Positions 53,013 to 62,089 of a DNA stretch of 62,089 bases are shown here, in pieces. Location: the NCBI GenBank assembly GCA_903902315.1, contig CAIUUK010000013.1:1-62089 (forward strand), written 5' to 3'. Origin of the DNA: an uncultured bacterium (GTDB lineage Bacteria; Patescibacteriota; Minisyncoccia; Phycocordibacterales; PALSA-1337). The notes under the pieces are model-generated. The model had not been told where the DNA came from. It was given only the letters and a program-made list of their open reading frames with translations, and ran no database searches. Every line of letters begins with the position of its first letter. Position 1 is the first letter of the stretch. Position numbers and translations under genes: made by a program.

Positions 53013-53559
53013 AATAGTTGCTCGGCGCGAACTAGTCAAAGATATTGCATTTATAATTATCGGAGTATTTATTGCTCTAGCTTTGTCTCGAGCTGGTGTG
53101 ATCGATGAGATAATTGCTCTATTTGGAAATAGTGAAGTTGCTAGTTTTGTATCTGGTATGTTTTTTACTTCTGTTTTCACGATAGCACCAGCATCAGTTG
53201 CTTTGGGACACATAGCAATGCACACACCTGCCTATATTGTAGCTTTGTGGGGTGCGTGTGGAGCCGTCTGCGGTGATTTGATTCTGTTTTATTTTATAAA
53301 AGATCGCTTTGCTCTAGATGTTATGAATTCTTTTGGTTCAACTTTCACTAGACATTTACTAGCATCTTTTCATGTTGGTTTTTATAAATGGATGGCACCA
53401 ATTCTGGGTGCATTGATTATTGCTTCACCATTGCCAGATGAGTTTGGCATAACTCTACTTGGATTTTCTAAAACAAAAACCCTAGTTTTAATACCAGTAT
53501 CATTTATTGGAAATATTTTAGGTATTTATCTAATAGTTTGGTTTGGTAGTTTGTTGTAA
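53005..53559 (+). CDS. Multi-pass membrane hypothetical protein
   Basis: Five or six hydrophobic helices. The ATG at 53005 overlaps the upstream stop region. Confidence 0.5.
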   Translation: MRKIVARRELVKDIAFIIIGVFIALALSRAGVIDEIIALFGNSEVASFVSGMFFTSVFTIAPASVALGHIAMHTPAYIVALWGACGAVCGDLILFYFIKDRFALDVMNSFGSTFTRHLLASFHVGFYKWMAPILGALIIASPLPDEFGITLLGFSKTKTLVLIPVSFIGNILGIYLIVWFGSLL

Positions 53560-53587
53560 TTAGGTTCATGTTACTACTACGCATAAA

Positions 53588-54055
53588 ATGAAAATAACAA
53601 TTTTAGTGATTGGTAAAGAAAAGGATTTTGGTGGTCAAGATCTAGTTCGTGAATATACAGAAAGAATTTCACATTATTGTTCTTGCGAATGGAAATATAT
53701 TTCCAGCACTGGTCGTGATGAAGATAATAAAAAAGTCATCGAAATACTTGAAAAAGAAAAGTCAGGCGGGTCTGGTTCGTCAGGGTTGTATGTCGTTGCC
53801 TTAGATGAAATAGGGAAGGAGTATAATTCAAAAGACTTCGCTAGTCGCATCCAATCGTGTATGAATGAAAGTGTACGAACACTTATTTTTGTTATTGGTG
53901 GAGCATACGGTCTATCGAATGAGGTTAGAAATCAAGCCAATGTAACCATCGCTTTGTCCAAATTAACTTTTCCTCATCAACTCGTCCGTTTGATTTTGGC
54001 AGAGCAATTATATAGAGCTTTTACAATCATACGAGGTGAGAAATATCATCATTAA
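53588..54055 (+). CDS. rlmH: 23S rRNA (pseudouridine1915-N3)-methyltransferase RlmH
   Basis: SPOUT fold with FVIGGAYGLS and LSKLTFPHQLVRLILAEQLYRAF. Confidence 0.9.
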   Translation: MKITILVIGKEKDFGGQDLVREYTERISHYCSCEWKYISSTGRDEDNKKVIEILEKEKSGGSGSSGLYVVALDEIGKEYNSKDFASRIQSCMNESVRTLIFVIGGAYGLSNEVRNQANVTIALSKLTFPHQLVRLILAEQLYRAFTIIRGEKYHH

Positions 54056-54079
54056 TATTAAGTGCAGAGTTAAAATTAA

Positions 54080-55144
54080 ATGAATCCTGAACAATATAAT
54101 TATCATCTGCCAGAGAACTTAATCGCGCATGAGCCGGCTGAACCGCGCGATTCTGCCAAACTTTTGGTTTATAGTACAAAAACAGATGAAATTGTCATAG
54201 ATACTTTTGCACATTTGTCTCGATATATTCCAGCACAATCATTGCTTGTTTTTAATGATACACAAGTCGTACCTGCTCGTCTCGAACTTATGAAATTAAC
54301 TGGTGGAACAGTGCGGGTATTGTTTTTGGTAAATGAATGGCGAACAATAGCTCGAGCCGACGGAGGCCAGCGCGGACCAATCAAAGGTTTGCCAGATCGA
54401 AAACTTACAGTTGGTGACATGTTATTTTTTAATCACAAAGGAATATTGGAGGTTATTGCTCAAAAAAATGAAGAGTTTACATTTCGTTTGCATATTTCTG
54501 CAGATGAATTTGATAAATTATGTCAGCTACATGGACAGACGCCTTTGCCACCATATATACACACTAGCTTAAATGAAGAAGATGCTCGTCTAAAATATCA
54601 AACAGTTTTTGCTTCAAAACCAGCATCAGTTGCCGCGCCAACAGCGTCACTGCATTTTACGGCAGGTGTTTTGGAGTCTTTGATTACAAAGGGAATAGAT
54701 AGAACATCAGTTACTTTGCATGTCGGTCGAGGAACGTTTTCACCAATGACCGCAGAATTTATACAAGAAAAGCGTTTACATAGTGAACCGATTGAAATTA
54801 GCCGAGCTTCTGCTGAAAAAATTTGTAATGCAAAAAAAGAAAAAAGGATAATAATATCTGCCGGTACAACCGCAACACGAACACTTGAAGCTACTTCCAG
54901 TAGTATTTTCAAAAAAGAAGGGTATACAGGAGAAACATCGCTTATGATCACGCCTGGCTTTGATTTTAAAATTGTTGATGCAATGATTACGAATTTTCAT
55001 TTGCCAAATACATCGCTCATTATGTTGGTTGACGCTTTTCTTCAGTACAAAGGTTCAAAAAAGACATGGCGAGAGCTTTATGAAAGAGCTATCAGTGAGA
55101 AATTTAGATTTTATTCTTTTGGTGACGCTATGCTCATTATCTAG
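54080..55144 (+). CDS. queA: S-adenosylmethionine:tRNA ribosyltransferase-isomerase QueA
   Basis: YNYHLPENLIAHEPAEPRDSAKLL, PLPPYI, GTTATRTLE, TNFHLPNTSLIMLV and FYSFGDAMLI. Confidence 0.95.
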   Translation: MNPEQYNYHLPENLIAHEPAEPRDSAKLLVYSTKTDEIVIDTFAHLSRYIPAQSLLVFNDTQVVPARLELMKLTGGTVRVLFLVNEWRTIARADGGQRGPIKGLPDRKLTVGDMLFFNHKGILEVIAQKNEEFTFRLHISADEFDKLCQLHGQTPLPPYIHTSLNEEDARLKYQTVFASKPASVAAPTASLHFTAGVLESLITKGIDRTSVTLHVGRGTFSPMTAEFIQEKRLHSEPIEISRASAEKICNAKKEKRIIISAGTTATRTLEATSSSIFKKEGYTGETSLMITPGFDFKIVDAMITNFHLPNTSLIMLVDAFLQYKGSKKTWRELYERAISEKFRFYSFGDAMLII

Positions 55145-55156
55145 TATACTGATTCC

Positions 55157-55807
55157 ATGAATACAAAACGCGTAATCTTTTGGGCTTCTTTTATCATCAT
55201 TTTAGGTCTAATTTTCTGGGGTTTGGTCGTAGCTATGAATAAAACTGATACAGGATCGGCTGTTGGTGCACCTGCTCCAGTTACAAACAGTGATCATATC
55301 CTGGGTCCAAAAAATGCTTCTGTCACTATGATTGAGTACGGAGATTTTCAGTGTCCAGCTTGTGGAGCTTATTATCCTCTAGTCAAAAGACTTACGACTG
55401 AAGCCTCAACAACACTTCGTCTTGTTTTTCGTCATTTCCCATTACCTCAACATGCCAACGCTATGATAACTGCACAAGCTTCTGAAGCTGCTGGATTACA
55501 AGGTAAATTCTGGGAGATGTTTGACCTAATCTATTCGAATCAAAATGACTGGAATACTTTACCAGATGCTCATCTTGTACTGGATGGATATGCACAAAAG
55601 ATTGGATTGGATATGATTAAATTTAAAGCTGATATAGATAGCAGTGCTGTAAAAGCTGTAGTTGATACTGATTCTGCTGAAGGTGTCAAAATTGGTATTG
55701 ATTCAACGCCAACATTCTTCGTAAATGGAAAAATAATTAAAAACCCACAAAGTTATGATACATTTAAAGTACTTATTGAAGCGGCCTCTTTTGGCAGTTC
55801 CAAATAA
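55157..55807 (+). CDS. DsbA-family thiol:disulfide oxidoreductase
   Basis: N-terminal TM and a CPAC active site in a thioredoxin fold (EYGDFQCPACG). Confidence 0.85.
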   Translation: MNTKRVIFWASFIIILGLIFWGLVVAMNKTDTGSAVGAPAPVTNSDHILGPKNASVTMIEYGDFQCPACGAYYPLVKRLTTEASTTLRLVFRHFPLPQHANAMITAQASEAAGLQGKFWEMFDLIYSNQNDWNTLPDAHLVLDGYAQKIGLDMIKFKADIDSSAVKAVVDTDSAEGVKIGIDSTPTFFVNGKIIKNPQSYDTFKVLIEAASFGSSK

Positions 55808-56213
55808 AGTCGTAGTCGTACTGTTCATCATTGCCATTCTCGGCTTTTCAGATGCTTCTTTTTTGACGATTGAACATTATCAAAATCGTATTCCTCCTTG
55901 TACTACTGCCGGTTGTGAGACTGTTCTTACGAGTCAGTATGCAACAGTATTTGGTGTACCAGTTGCTTTACTTGGCATGATATATTATTTAATTATATCT
56001 TTAGGATTGTTTGCACATATTGAAGGAAAACATGAGCCATCATTACGAGCAGTTCTGTTAATGACAGTTTGCGGTTTCATTATGTCGATCTGGTTTGTTG
56101 GTGTACAGGCGTTTTTGATTCATTCATATTGTTTATATTGTCTTGGATCAGCAACTATTTCTACGGTTCTTTTTGGAAGCTCAGTTTATGTCCTTAAAAG
56201 ATATCGTGCTTAA
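55755..56213 (+). CDS. Vitamin K epoxide reductase (VKOR) family protein
   Basis: A C...C loop pair (CTTAGCETVL) and a CLYC active site in TM4. The true start may be the TTG at 55791. Confidence 0.8.
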   Translation: MIHLKYLLKRPLLAVPNKVVVVLFIIAILGFSDASFLTIEHYQNRIPPCTTAGCETVLTSQYATVFGVPVALLGMIYYLIISLGLFAHIEGKHEPSLRAVLLMTVCGFIMSIWFVGVQAFLIHSYCLYCLGSATISTVLFGSSVYVLKRYRA

Positions 56214-56223
56214 TAAACATATA

Positions 56224-57159
56224 ATGAACACCTCAAAAATTCTTACAACTAAAGTTTCGGTTGACTATGAACTCTTGGATTCTGGAGAAGGCGAAAAGCT
56301 GGAACGAATTGGTAAAGTACTTTTGTCTCGACCTGATCCTCAAGCCTTATGGAAAAAACGCCTGTCGTCAGCTGATTGGAAAAAGGCTGATGCGCACTTT
56401 GGTAAAAGTGGGCTAGTTCTGGTTGGTCAAGAGGAAAGGGGTAACTGGAGTTTCAAAAAAGAATTACCAAATCGTTGGGAGATTTCATTTGCTGATTTGA
56501 AATTTTATATCAAGCCTACAGCTTTTAAACATATAGGTCTTTTTCCTGAACAAGCACCAAACTGGGATTGGATGAGAGAAAAAATAAAGGAAGAAGGAAA
56601 TAAAAATAAAGAGACAAAGAAGGAGGGTGAGATAGAAGTGTTAAATCTCTTTGCTTATACAGGTGGTGCAACTATTGCTTGCGCACAAGCTGGAGCGAAA
56701 GTTGTGCATGTAGACGGATCAAAAGTTGCTCTAACTTGGGCTCGCGATAATGCTGAATTGTCTGGTCTTAAAGATAAACCTATTCGTTGGATACTCGATG
56801 ATGTAAGAGCTTTTGTAAAAAGAGAAATAAAAAGAGGCCGAAAATATCATGGAATAATCATGGATCCACCTGCATTTGGTCATGGTGCAGAAAATGAGGT
56901 GTGGAAGATTGAGGATGATTTTATGGCTTTGGTAGAACTTTGTACTGAGCTACTTACTCCAGAACCTCTGTTCTTTTTGGTAAATGGTTATTCGGCTGGT
57001 TATTCAGCAATTGCATATAGAAATAATCTGCTCCCTCTAAAGGAAAAATTTGGTGGTGACATAGAGATAGGCGAGTTGACGCTTGAAGAGTCTGTAAATG
57101 GTGGCACTTCTGAAGTCCGACTTTTGCCTTGTGGCATTTTCGCTAGGTGGTCAAAGTAG
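56224..57159 (+). CDS. Class I SAM-dependent (RlmI/RlmK-like) methyltransferase
   Basis: LNLFAYTGGATIACAQAGAKVVHVDGS and IIMDPPAFG motifs. Confidence 0.8.
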   Translation: MNTSKILTTKVSVDYELLDSGEGEKLERIGKVLLSRPDPQALWKKRLSSADWKKADAHFGKSGLVLVGQEERGNWSFKKELPNRWEISFADLKFYIKPTAFKHIGLFPEQAPNWDWMREKIKEEGNKNKETKKEGEIEVLNLFAYTGGATIACAQAGAKVVHVDGSKVALTWARDNAELSGLKDKPIRWILDDVRAFVKREIKRGRKYHGIIMDPPAFGHGAENEVWKIEDDFMALVELCTELLTPEPLFFLVNGYSAGYSAIAYRNNLLPLKEKFGGDIEIGELTLEESVNGGTSEVRLLPCGIFARWSK

Positions 57160-57180
57160 TTATGTGGTGAGGTTGCCTCC

Positions 57181-57241
57181 TTTTTAACTCACTTCAGTTA
57201 ACTGAAGTGAGTTAAAAAGCGCGACAGTGTAAGTGTCGCGC
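57181..57241. terminator. Tandem hairpins between convergent genes
   Basis: Perfect 38-nt palindrome TTTTTAACTCACTTCAGTT/AACTGAAGTGAGTTAAAAA at 57181-57218, followed by GCGCGACA gtgtaag TGTCGCGC at 57219-57241. Confidence 0.7.
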
Positions 57242-57260
57242 TTGAGATTGTCGGCTTTGT

Positions 57261-57806
57261 TTAGCCTAGAATCGTGTCGACCTCCGAAATAATATTTTCG
57301 AGAGGGATTTTAAGTTGATCTTCGACATAACTTGCAAAATTTTCTTTGAAACTAAAATGATAACCAATCCCGAGTAACATTCTTGGATCGTCATTTGGAC
57401 GAGAGGCATAAACAACTGGGAGATAGAGAATAGTTGCATATGTGATCATGTGCATCAAATTGAAGAATTCGCTCGGAATAGCCCCGGTTTCCTCTATTTG
57501 CTCAATAATATGAATTCCAATCAGTCTCGGATCTTCATATTTGAAATCAATGTTGAAGCTTAAAAAACAGTATTCAAAACTACGATCTGTATAAAGTGAC
57601 AAATGGTATTTCGTTTCTTTTAGACTTAGACCATCCAACATGAAGCACATTCGTAATTTTGAATTTGCCTTTAAAAGTGAAATTTCTCCCCAAAAAGCCG
57701 GATTTTTTTCTTGTGGATTGAATGAGTAGATCAAGATATAACCGTGTGGAAAATTTGTTGCATCAAGACGTTTGATTGAGTTTTCATCAATTTCCATGAC
57801 ATTCAT
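57261..57806 (-). CDS. Hypothetical protein, 181 aa
   Basis: Clean ORF with no recognised motif. Confidence 0.5.
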   Translation of the reverse strand: MNVMEIDENSIKRLDATNFPHGYILIYSFNPQEKNPAFWGEISLLKANSKLRMCFMLDGLSLKETKYHLSLYTDRSFEYCFLSFNIDFKYEDPRLIGIHIIEQIEETGAIPSEFFNLMHMITYATILYLPVVYASRPNDDPRMLLGIGYHFSFKENFASYVEDQLKIPLENIISEVDTILG

Positions 57807-57899
57807 AGTATCTCCGTGGTTAGTTGTTAAGTTTCAGAAGTTCATTTTATAGCTTACTCCTAGGTTCAATTAAATCAAGGTATATGCTACCTTATAACT

Positions 57900-58781
57900 A
57901 TGCTAGAAAATGCTTCTCCAATTAAAACTCTCAATCCAAAAATCCTTTCAGGAATTGTTGTTCGTGATGTATGCACGGTTGAATTAATTGAAAGATTTAA
58001 AAAAAATAAACATACTCCAGAGATAGCTATTATCCAGGTTGGAAGTAGATCAGATTCTACGGCTTATATAAAAGCCAAAATCACTTTTGCGGAAAAAGTT
58101 GGTGTGATTGCTCGCCACATTCATCTTTTTAAAAATGATAATGAAAAAGTCACACCAGAAATAATGCAGAAAATGCAAGATGAAATTATTGGTGAAGTAA
58201 AAAAATGTAATGCAAATAAAGCTATCCGTGGAATTATCGTTCAACTACCATTACCAGAATTTCTAAATAAAGACGAAATAATTGAAATTATAGATCCAAA
58301 AAAAGATATTGATGGTCTGACTTCGGCTAATACGAAATTGTTTTTTGAAAATAATTCGCACGCCATTGTACCAGCCACTGCTAGAGGTGTTATGGATTTG
58401 TTGGCGTATTATAAAATTGTTTTAAAAAATAAAAAAGTGACCGTGATTGGTAGGTCTGCTTTGGTCGGTAAACCAATTGTGAAGTTATGTGAGGAAGCCG
58501 GTGCAGCTGTAACTGTTGCTCATAGTAAAACTATTGATTTGATTAAAGAAACCAAATCAGCGGATATAATAATTAGTGCAGTTGGAAAAAAGAATTTGAT
58601 AGGTGTAGAGAATGTAAGATCTGGTCAGATAATTGTTGATATTGGTAGAGATGTAGACTTTGAAGCGGTATCAAAGGTTATTGGTCCAACTGGAGCAATT
58701 ACACCTGCAATTGGCGGTGTTGGACCTATGACAGTGTTTGCATTGTTTGAAAATCTGTTAGACTTACTAAGTGTTTATTAG
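57900..58781 (+). CDS. folD: Bifunctional methylenetetrahydrofolate dehydrogenase/cyclohydrolase FolD
   Basis: DSTAYIKAK, GIIVQLPLP, VIGRSALVGKP and GGVGPMTV motifs. Confidence 0.95.
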   Translation: MLENASPIKTLNPKILSGIVVRDVCTVELIERFKKNKHTPEIAIIQVGSRSDSTAYIKAKITFAEKVGVIARHIHLFKNDNEKVTPEIMQKMQDEIIGEVKKCNANKAIRGIIVQLPLPEFLNKDEIIEIIDPKKDIDGLTSANTKLFFENNSHAIVPATARGVMDLLAYYKIVLKNKKVTVIGRSALVGKPIVKLCEEAGAAVTVAHSKTIDLIKETKSADIIISAVGKKNLIGVENVRSGQIIVDIGRDVDFEAVSKVIGPTGAITPAIGGVGPMTVFALFENLLDLLSVY

Positions 58782-58797
58782 TCCTAATCTAAACAAT

Positions 58798-59556
58798 ATG
58801 AATTTACAAAAAAGAGCATGGCAGGTTGGAATATTTGTAGGGATAATGTTGAGCATTTATCTCATAGCTTTGGCAGTCGGACAATTTAAATCAGTAGCTT
58901 TTGTTGGATCTGGAATTCCTGCAACAAATACGATTACTGTCACTGGAACAGGTGATGCGTATGCCATACCTGATGTAGCAACTTTTTCATTTTCTGTAAC
59001 TGAGAATGCAAAAACTGTTTCTGATGCACAAACACAAGCAACCACAAAAATTAATTTAGCCTTAAAAACAGTTAGAGATGCTGGAATAGAGGATAAGGAT
59101 ATTCAAACAACGAACTATTCTATTAACCCTCACTATGATTATCAAAAAAATAATCCAGTTCTAACTGGTTATGATGTAAGTGAAACTATTACTGTTAAGA
59201 TTCGTAATCTAGATAATGCTGGAACACTTTTCGCTTCTATCGGATCACTTCAAGTTGAAAATATAAATGGTTTGGATTTTTCAGTTGATAAACCTGATAC
59301 AATCCAAACACAAGCTCGTGCTATAGCTATCACTGATGCAAAATCAAAAGCAGACACTCTTGCCAATCAGTTAGGTGTTCATCTGGTACGAGTCGTAAAT
59401 TTTTCTGAAGATAATGGTTCAGTTTATCCTCGTCCCATGATGTATGGAGTTGCTGACGCTGTTTCTGCAAGTAGTAAAATGATGGTTGCTCCAGAAGTGC
59501 CTGTTGGTCAGCAAAAAGTTACTGATAATGTATCTGTAACCTACGAAATTCAGTAG
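58798..59556 (+). CDS. SIMPL (DUF541) family periplasmic protein
   Basis: TM anchor then ITVTGTGDAYAIPDVATFSFSV...Y.V.N.I.V...D, typical of SIMPL. The start was set at the MNLQKRAW Met. Confidence 0.75.
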   Translation: MNLQKRAWQVGIFVGIMLSIYLIALAVGQFKSVAFVGSGIPATNTITVTGTGDAYAIPDVATFSFSVTENAKTVSDAQTQATTKINLALKTVRDAGIEDKDIQTTNYSINPHYDYQKNNPVLTGYDVSETITVKIRNLDNAGTLFASIGSLQVENINGLDFSVDKPDTIQTQARAIAITDAKSKADTLANQLGVHLVRVVNFSEDNGSVYPRPMMYGVADAVSASSKMMVAPEVPVGQQKVTDNVSVTYEIQ

Positions 59557-59614
59557 AAATTCAGCGCCGATTCAATGGTGGAAAAAGTGGTGTAGAAATG
59601 ATATTATACCTCAT

Positions 59615-60127
59615 ATGTTTAAAAAACCTCTCTCAGTATCTTTATTAGTGATCTGTGCACTTATTGTTACAAATGGTGTGTCAAACGCCAGTGTTTTGTC
59701 AGTTAAAAATTTTAGTCTCTTAGGATCAGTTGATAATATTATGTCAGAGTCAAAAAACATTTCAGTAGGTGGATCAGTTTTTGATCTAAGCATAGCTAAC
59801 AAAATTCAAAGTAAAAATTACTCAAAGCTTTCTCTGGATGATATAAGTATAAATGACAAAGTGATTCTTCAGGGTATAGAAAAAGGGGGAGTGGTCACAA
59901 TTTCTAGATTGATTGATTTGTCGTGGAGCGCAGCATTGACCAATGTAACTGCTACAAGTACGGATATTGCAACTACAACTGAGATAACTTCATTGGTCGC
60001 TACTTCTACGGATGTAATTGCTTCGAGTACTGATGTCGTGGCATCGACTACAGATGTTGTACCGTCAACAACCGAGGCGACCTCGACTGAAGCTACTTCA
60101 ACAGACGCCACCTCTACACCAGAATAG
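59615..60127 (+). CDS. Secreted protein with a Thr/Ser/Asp-rich repetitive tail
   Basis: Signal peptide and a C-terminal ATSTD/SSTDVV-type low-complexity region. Confidence 0.5.
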   Translation: MFKKPLSVSLLVICALIVTNGVSNASVLSVKNFSLLGSVDNIMSESKNISVGGSVFDLSIANKIQSKNYSKLSLDDISINDKVILQGIEKGGVVTISRLIDLSWSAALTNVTATSTDIATTTEITSLVATSTDVIASSTDVVASTTDVVPSTTEATSTEATSTDATSTPE

Positions 60128-60135
60128 CTACCAAC

Positions 60136-62089
60136 ATGATTCGTAAGACTGATACAATTTTCTTAAATAAATATTTACTGATTGTAATCGGTTTTGTTTT
60201 TTTATTTACGACGAAAAGTGCTTTTGCTGATGTGTTGGTACCAGGCACAGTCTATGGTTGTGGAGAGATTGCTAGTATTGGCACATATACCCTGAGTTCA
60301 ACAAGTACTTTCTCGGTTGCACCAGGTAGTGACTGTTTTGTGATTACTGCCGGAGGAACTTCAACTGAAACCATAATCAATGGTAATGGTATGACAGTTG
60401 ACGGCAACATAAATGGCGATGCTTCAAATCCTGGTGATCCTGGCCATAGTTTCACTTTAGAAAATATAAATGTAACTGGAACTACAACAGCAAATGGTTC
60501 ATATTTTTACGATAATATAAATGACCTGGATGTGGTTGGTGATGGTGGTTCTGTGGCGATTATAAATTCAACTACGACAGCTGTACTGGCTGAGGATGGA
60601 AACTTGAATGGAGATGTGGGTAATACAGATGCTTTGGCGGGTAATATTTCAATAGTTAATTCGACCACCACAACGCTAACCACCCTTGGTTCATATGGAG
60701 GTATAACAATCAACAATTCGAGTACCACAGATGTTTCAATTAATGGTGAATTTGGTACAACTACAATTTTAAATTCAATTACAGGTAACGTTTCTGCGAA
60801 TAATGATGGCGCTCAAACCTATGGTGATGCTGGAAATATAATCATTTCAACTTCTACTGTGGGGTCTATTTCAGCAAATGCGCATCTTTACGGTTTTCAT
60901 TGTGGTTTATGTGATTACAACAGTGGACATGCTGGAACGATCGTTATAAATAGCTCAAATATAGGTTCGATTACTGCAAATAGTCCTGGCGGTATAAATA
61001 GTGTTGGTGGAAATATTACAGTTTCTGGTTTGGATGTTGATTTATCAAACCATACGATATCAGCAACAGGGAGTGTTAATGGTATACTCACTATTAATTA
61101 CTCGACATTTGAGTACGCCTCTCTGACACTTTCTGCTTTGAGTGATTTAATTTTAAATGGACCATCTAATTCCCCGGGAGATATGGGTGTATTTGGGGGA
61201 GGTTCATTTACATTTAGTAATGTCATCACTGATTCTTCAGAATGTAATTTAAATTTACCAAAAACATATGTTCTCGGTAATGATATTACTGGTGATTGTC
61301 ATATATCAAGTAACGGCGTAACCATCGATGGTCTAGGAAAATATACAATCAATGGAAATGTGATAGGTGATGCAACACTTGGTACAGGAAATAATGGTTA
61401 CAATTTTTCACTAAAAAATATTACGGTTACTGGTTCAATAAGTTCACTCGGTTCAATATATTGGATATGGGGAAATTCATTTGGTGGTTCTGGTGGAAAT
61501 ATAACTATAGAAAATTCTACAACGACTGACATTTCATCTAACGCGCAACTTTGTACGCATTTCGTCAATAATTCATCTTGTGGTTCTGGTGGAGTAATTA
61601 CAGTTCTAGATTCAACGACTACAAATATAACTGCGAATAGCGGAAGTAATCAGTATACTTTCAGTAATATTGCTGGTCATGGTGGAACTATCAATGTTTC
61701 AACTTCAACAACAGGAACACTTACAGCAAATGTTGGTTCTGGTGAGGAAAATGGTAGTAAAGGTGGAACGATTTCGGTACTTTCTTCTATCGAAGCTATT
61801 GCCAGTAGTACTATAAGTGCTAATGGAGGAGATGCAGTAATATGTGGATATGGTGGTGATGGAGGATCTGTAACTCTTTTAAATTCAACATATACTGGAG
61901 TAGTAAGTTTCGTACAAGGAAATGATCAGTTGGTACAAGGTCCGAATCTCTGTGGGGGTTGGTCATTTAGCGGCTCCTCCGGCTCCTCAGGCTCATATCA
62001 GAGTGTTGGTACATACAACAACCCAGTTGCACCAACACCAGTAAATAATCCAACACCTCCAATTCCAGTAACACAACCAGTCCCACAAT
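60136..62089 (+). CDS. Large secreted repeat (beta-helix-like) surface protein, N-terminal 651 codons; continues past the window end
   Basis: Not in the ORF track because there is no stop. ATG at 60136, signal peptide ...FLFTTKSAFA, then periodic N.S/T.T..I.AN...GG repeats. I read the frame as open to 62089. Confidence 0.7.
   Translation, partial: MIRKTDTIFLNKYLLIVIGFVFLFTTKSAFADVLVPGTVYGCGEIASIGTYTLSSTSTFSVAPGSDCFVITAGGTSTETIINGNGMTVDGNINGDASNPGDPGHSFTLENINVTGTTTANGSYFYDNINDLDVVGDGGSVAIINSTTTAVLAEDGNLNGDVGNTDALAGNISIVNSTTTTLTTLGSYGGITINNSSTTDVSINGEFGTTTILNSITGNVSANNDGAQTYGDAGNIIISTSTVGSISANAHLYGFHCGLCDYNSGHAGTIVINSSNIGSITANSPGGINSVGGNITVSGLDVDLSNHTISATGSVNGILTINYSTFEYASLTLSALSDLILNGPSNSPGDMGVFGGGSFTFSNVITDSSECNLNLPKTYVLGNDITGDCHISSNGVTIDGLGKYTINGNVIGDATLGTGNNGYNFSLKNITVTGSISSLGSIYWIWGNSFGGSGGNITIENSTTTDISSNAQLCTHFVNNSSCGSGGVITVLDSTTTNITANSGSNQYTFSNIAGHGGTINVSTSTTGTLTANVGSGEENGSKGGTISVLSSIEAIASSTISANGGDAVICGYGGDGGSVTLLNSTYTGVVSFVQGNDQLVQGPNLCGGWSFSGSSGSSGSYQSVGTYNNPVAPTPVNNPTPPIPVTQPVPQ

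Noticed and set aside
1-62089. CRISPR arrays, rRNA genes, transposases/IS elements and reverse transcriptases (retron, DGR, group II intron)
   Set aside because: Reading the intergenic regions showed no regularly spaced direct repeats. No ORF carries RT, DDE or Cas-like motifs that I recognise. The Cys-repeat and adhesin repeats are protein-level periodicities, not template/variable repeat pairs with an adjacent RT.

Overview
This is a 62-kb chromosomal fragment from a low-G+C, gene-dense bacterium. The gene content looks like a Patescibacteria/CPR-type genome, which is an inference only: compact housekeeping proteins, type IV pilus PilB and PilM/N/O, a DsbA-VKOR pair, large repeat surface proteins and many short membrane hypotheticals.

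Backbone genes:
- Recombination and replication: ruvC (partial), yebC, ruvB, ruvA, ruvX, polA, a holA-like gene, mutM.
- Translation and RNA modification: tsaE, trmH-like, rpsT, truB, rluD-like, typA, rplS, rlmH, queA.
- Envelope and other: pilB, pilMNO, an amidase, murE-like, doxX, dedA, an HD hydrolase, a PduO-type adenosyltransferase, mscL, dsbA/VKOR, folD and a SIMPL protein.

Seven tRNA genes were found by hand-folding: Lys-TTT, Arg-GCG, Ser-TGA, Arg-TCT, Val-TAC, Leu-GAG and His-GTG. I saw no rRNA, CRISPR array, transposase or reverse transcriptase.

There are three accessory regions:
1. About 9.26-14.8 kb. A small integrated element abuts tRNA-Lys. It carries a filamentous-phage gene II/CRI-like rolling-circle Rep, a large serine recombinase, a G+C-rich structured non-coding hub between divergent promoters, and two unknown cargo genes.
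2. About 33.1-44.7 kb. An island starts at tRNA-His. It holds an operon of four zinc-ribbon membrane proteins (one with TPR repeats, one a trypsin-like protease), a second large serine recombinase in an operon with a P-loop protein and a winged-helix protein, a strongly structured RNA leader, unknown cargo genes, and degenerate tRNA-His 3'-end copies at the far end.
3. About 45.2-51.9 kb. A visibly G+C-richer block carries Zur/Fur, a COG0523 GTPase, an aminotransferase-like gene and a YibE/F protein. It is followed by an HTH-phosphoribosyltransferase plus SET-domain cassette bracketed by paralogous repeat segments.

Several tRNA loci carry duplicated tRNA-end fragments, which suggests repeated site-specific recombination. 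All family assignments rest on motifs I recognise in the translations. No searches were run.
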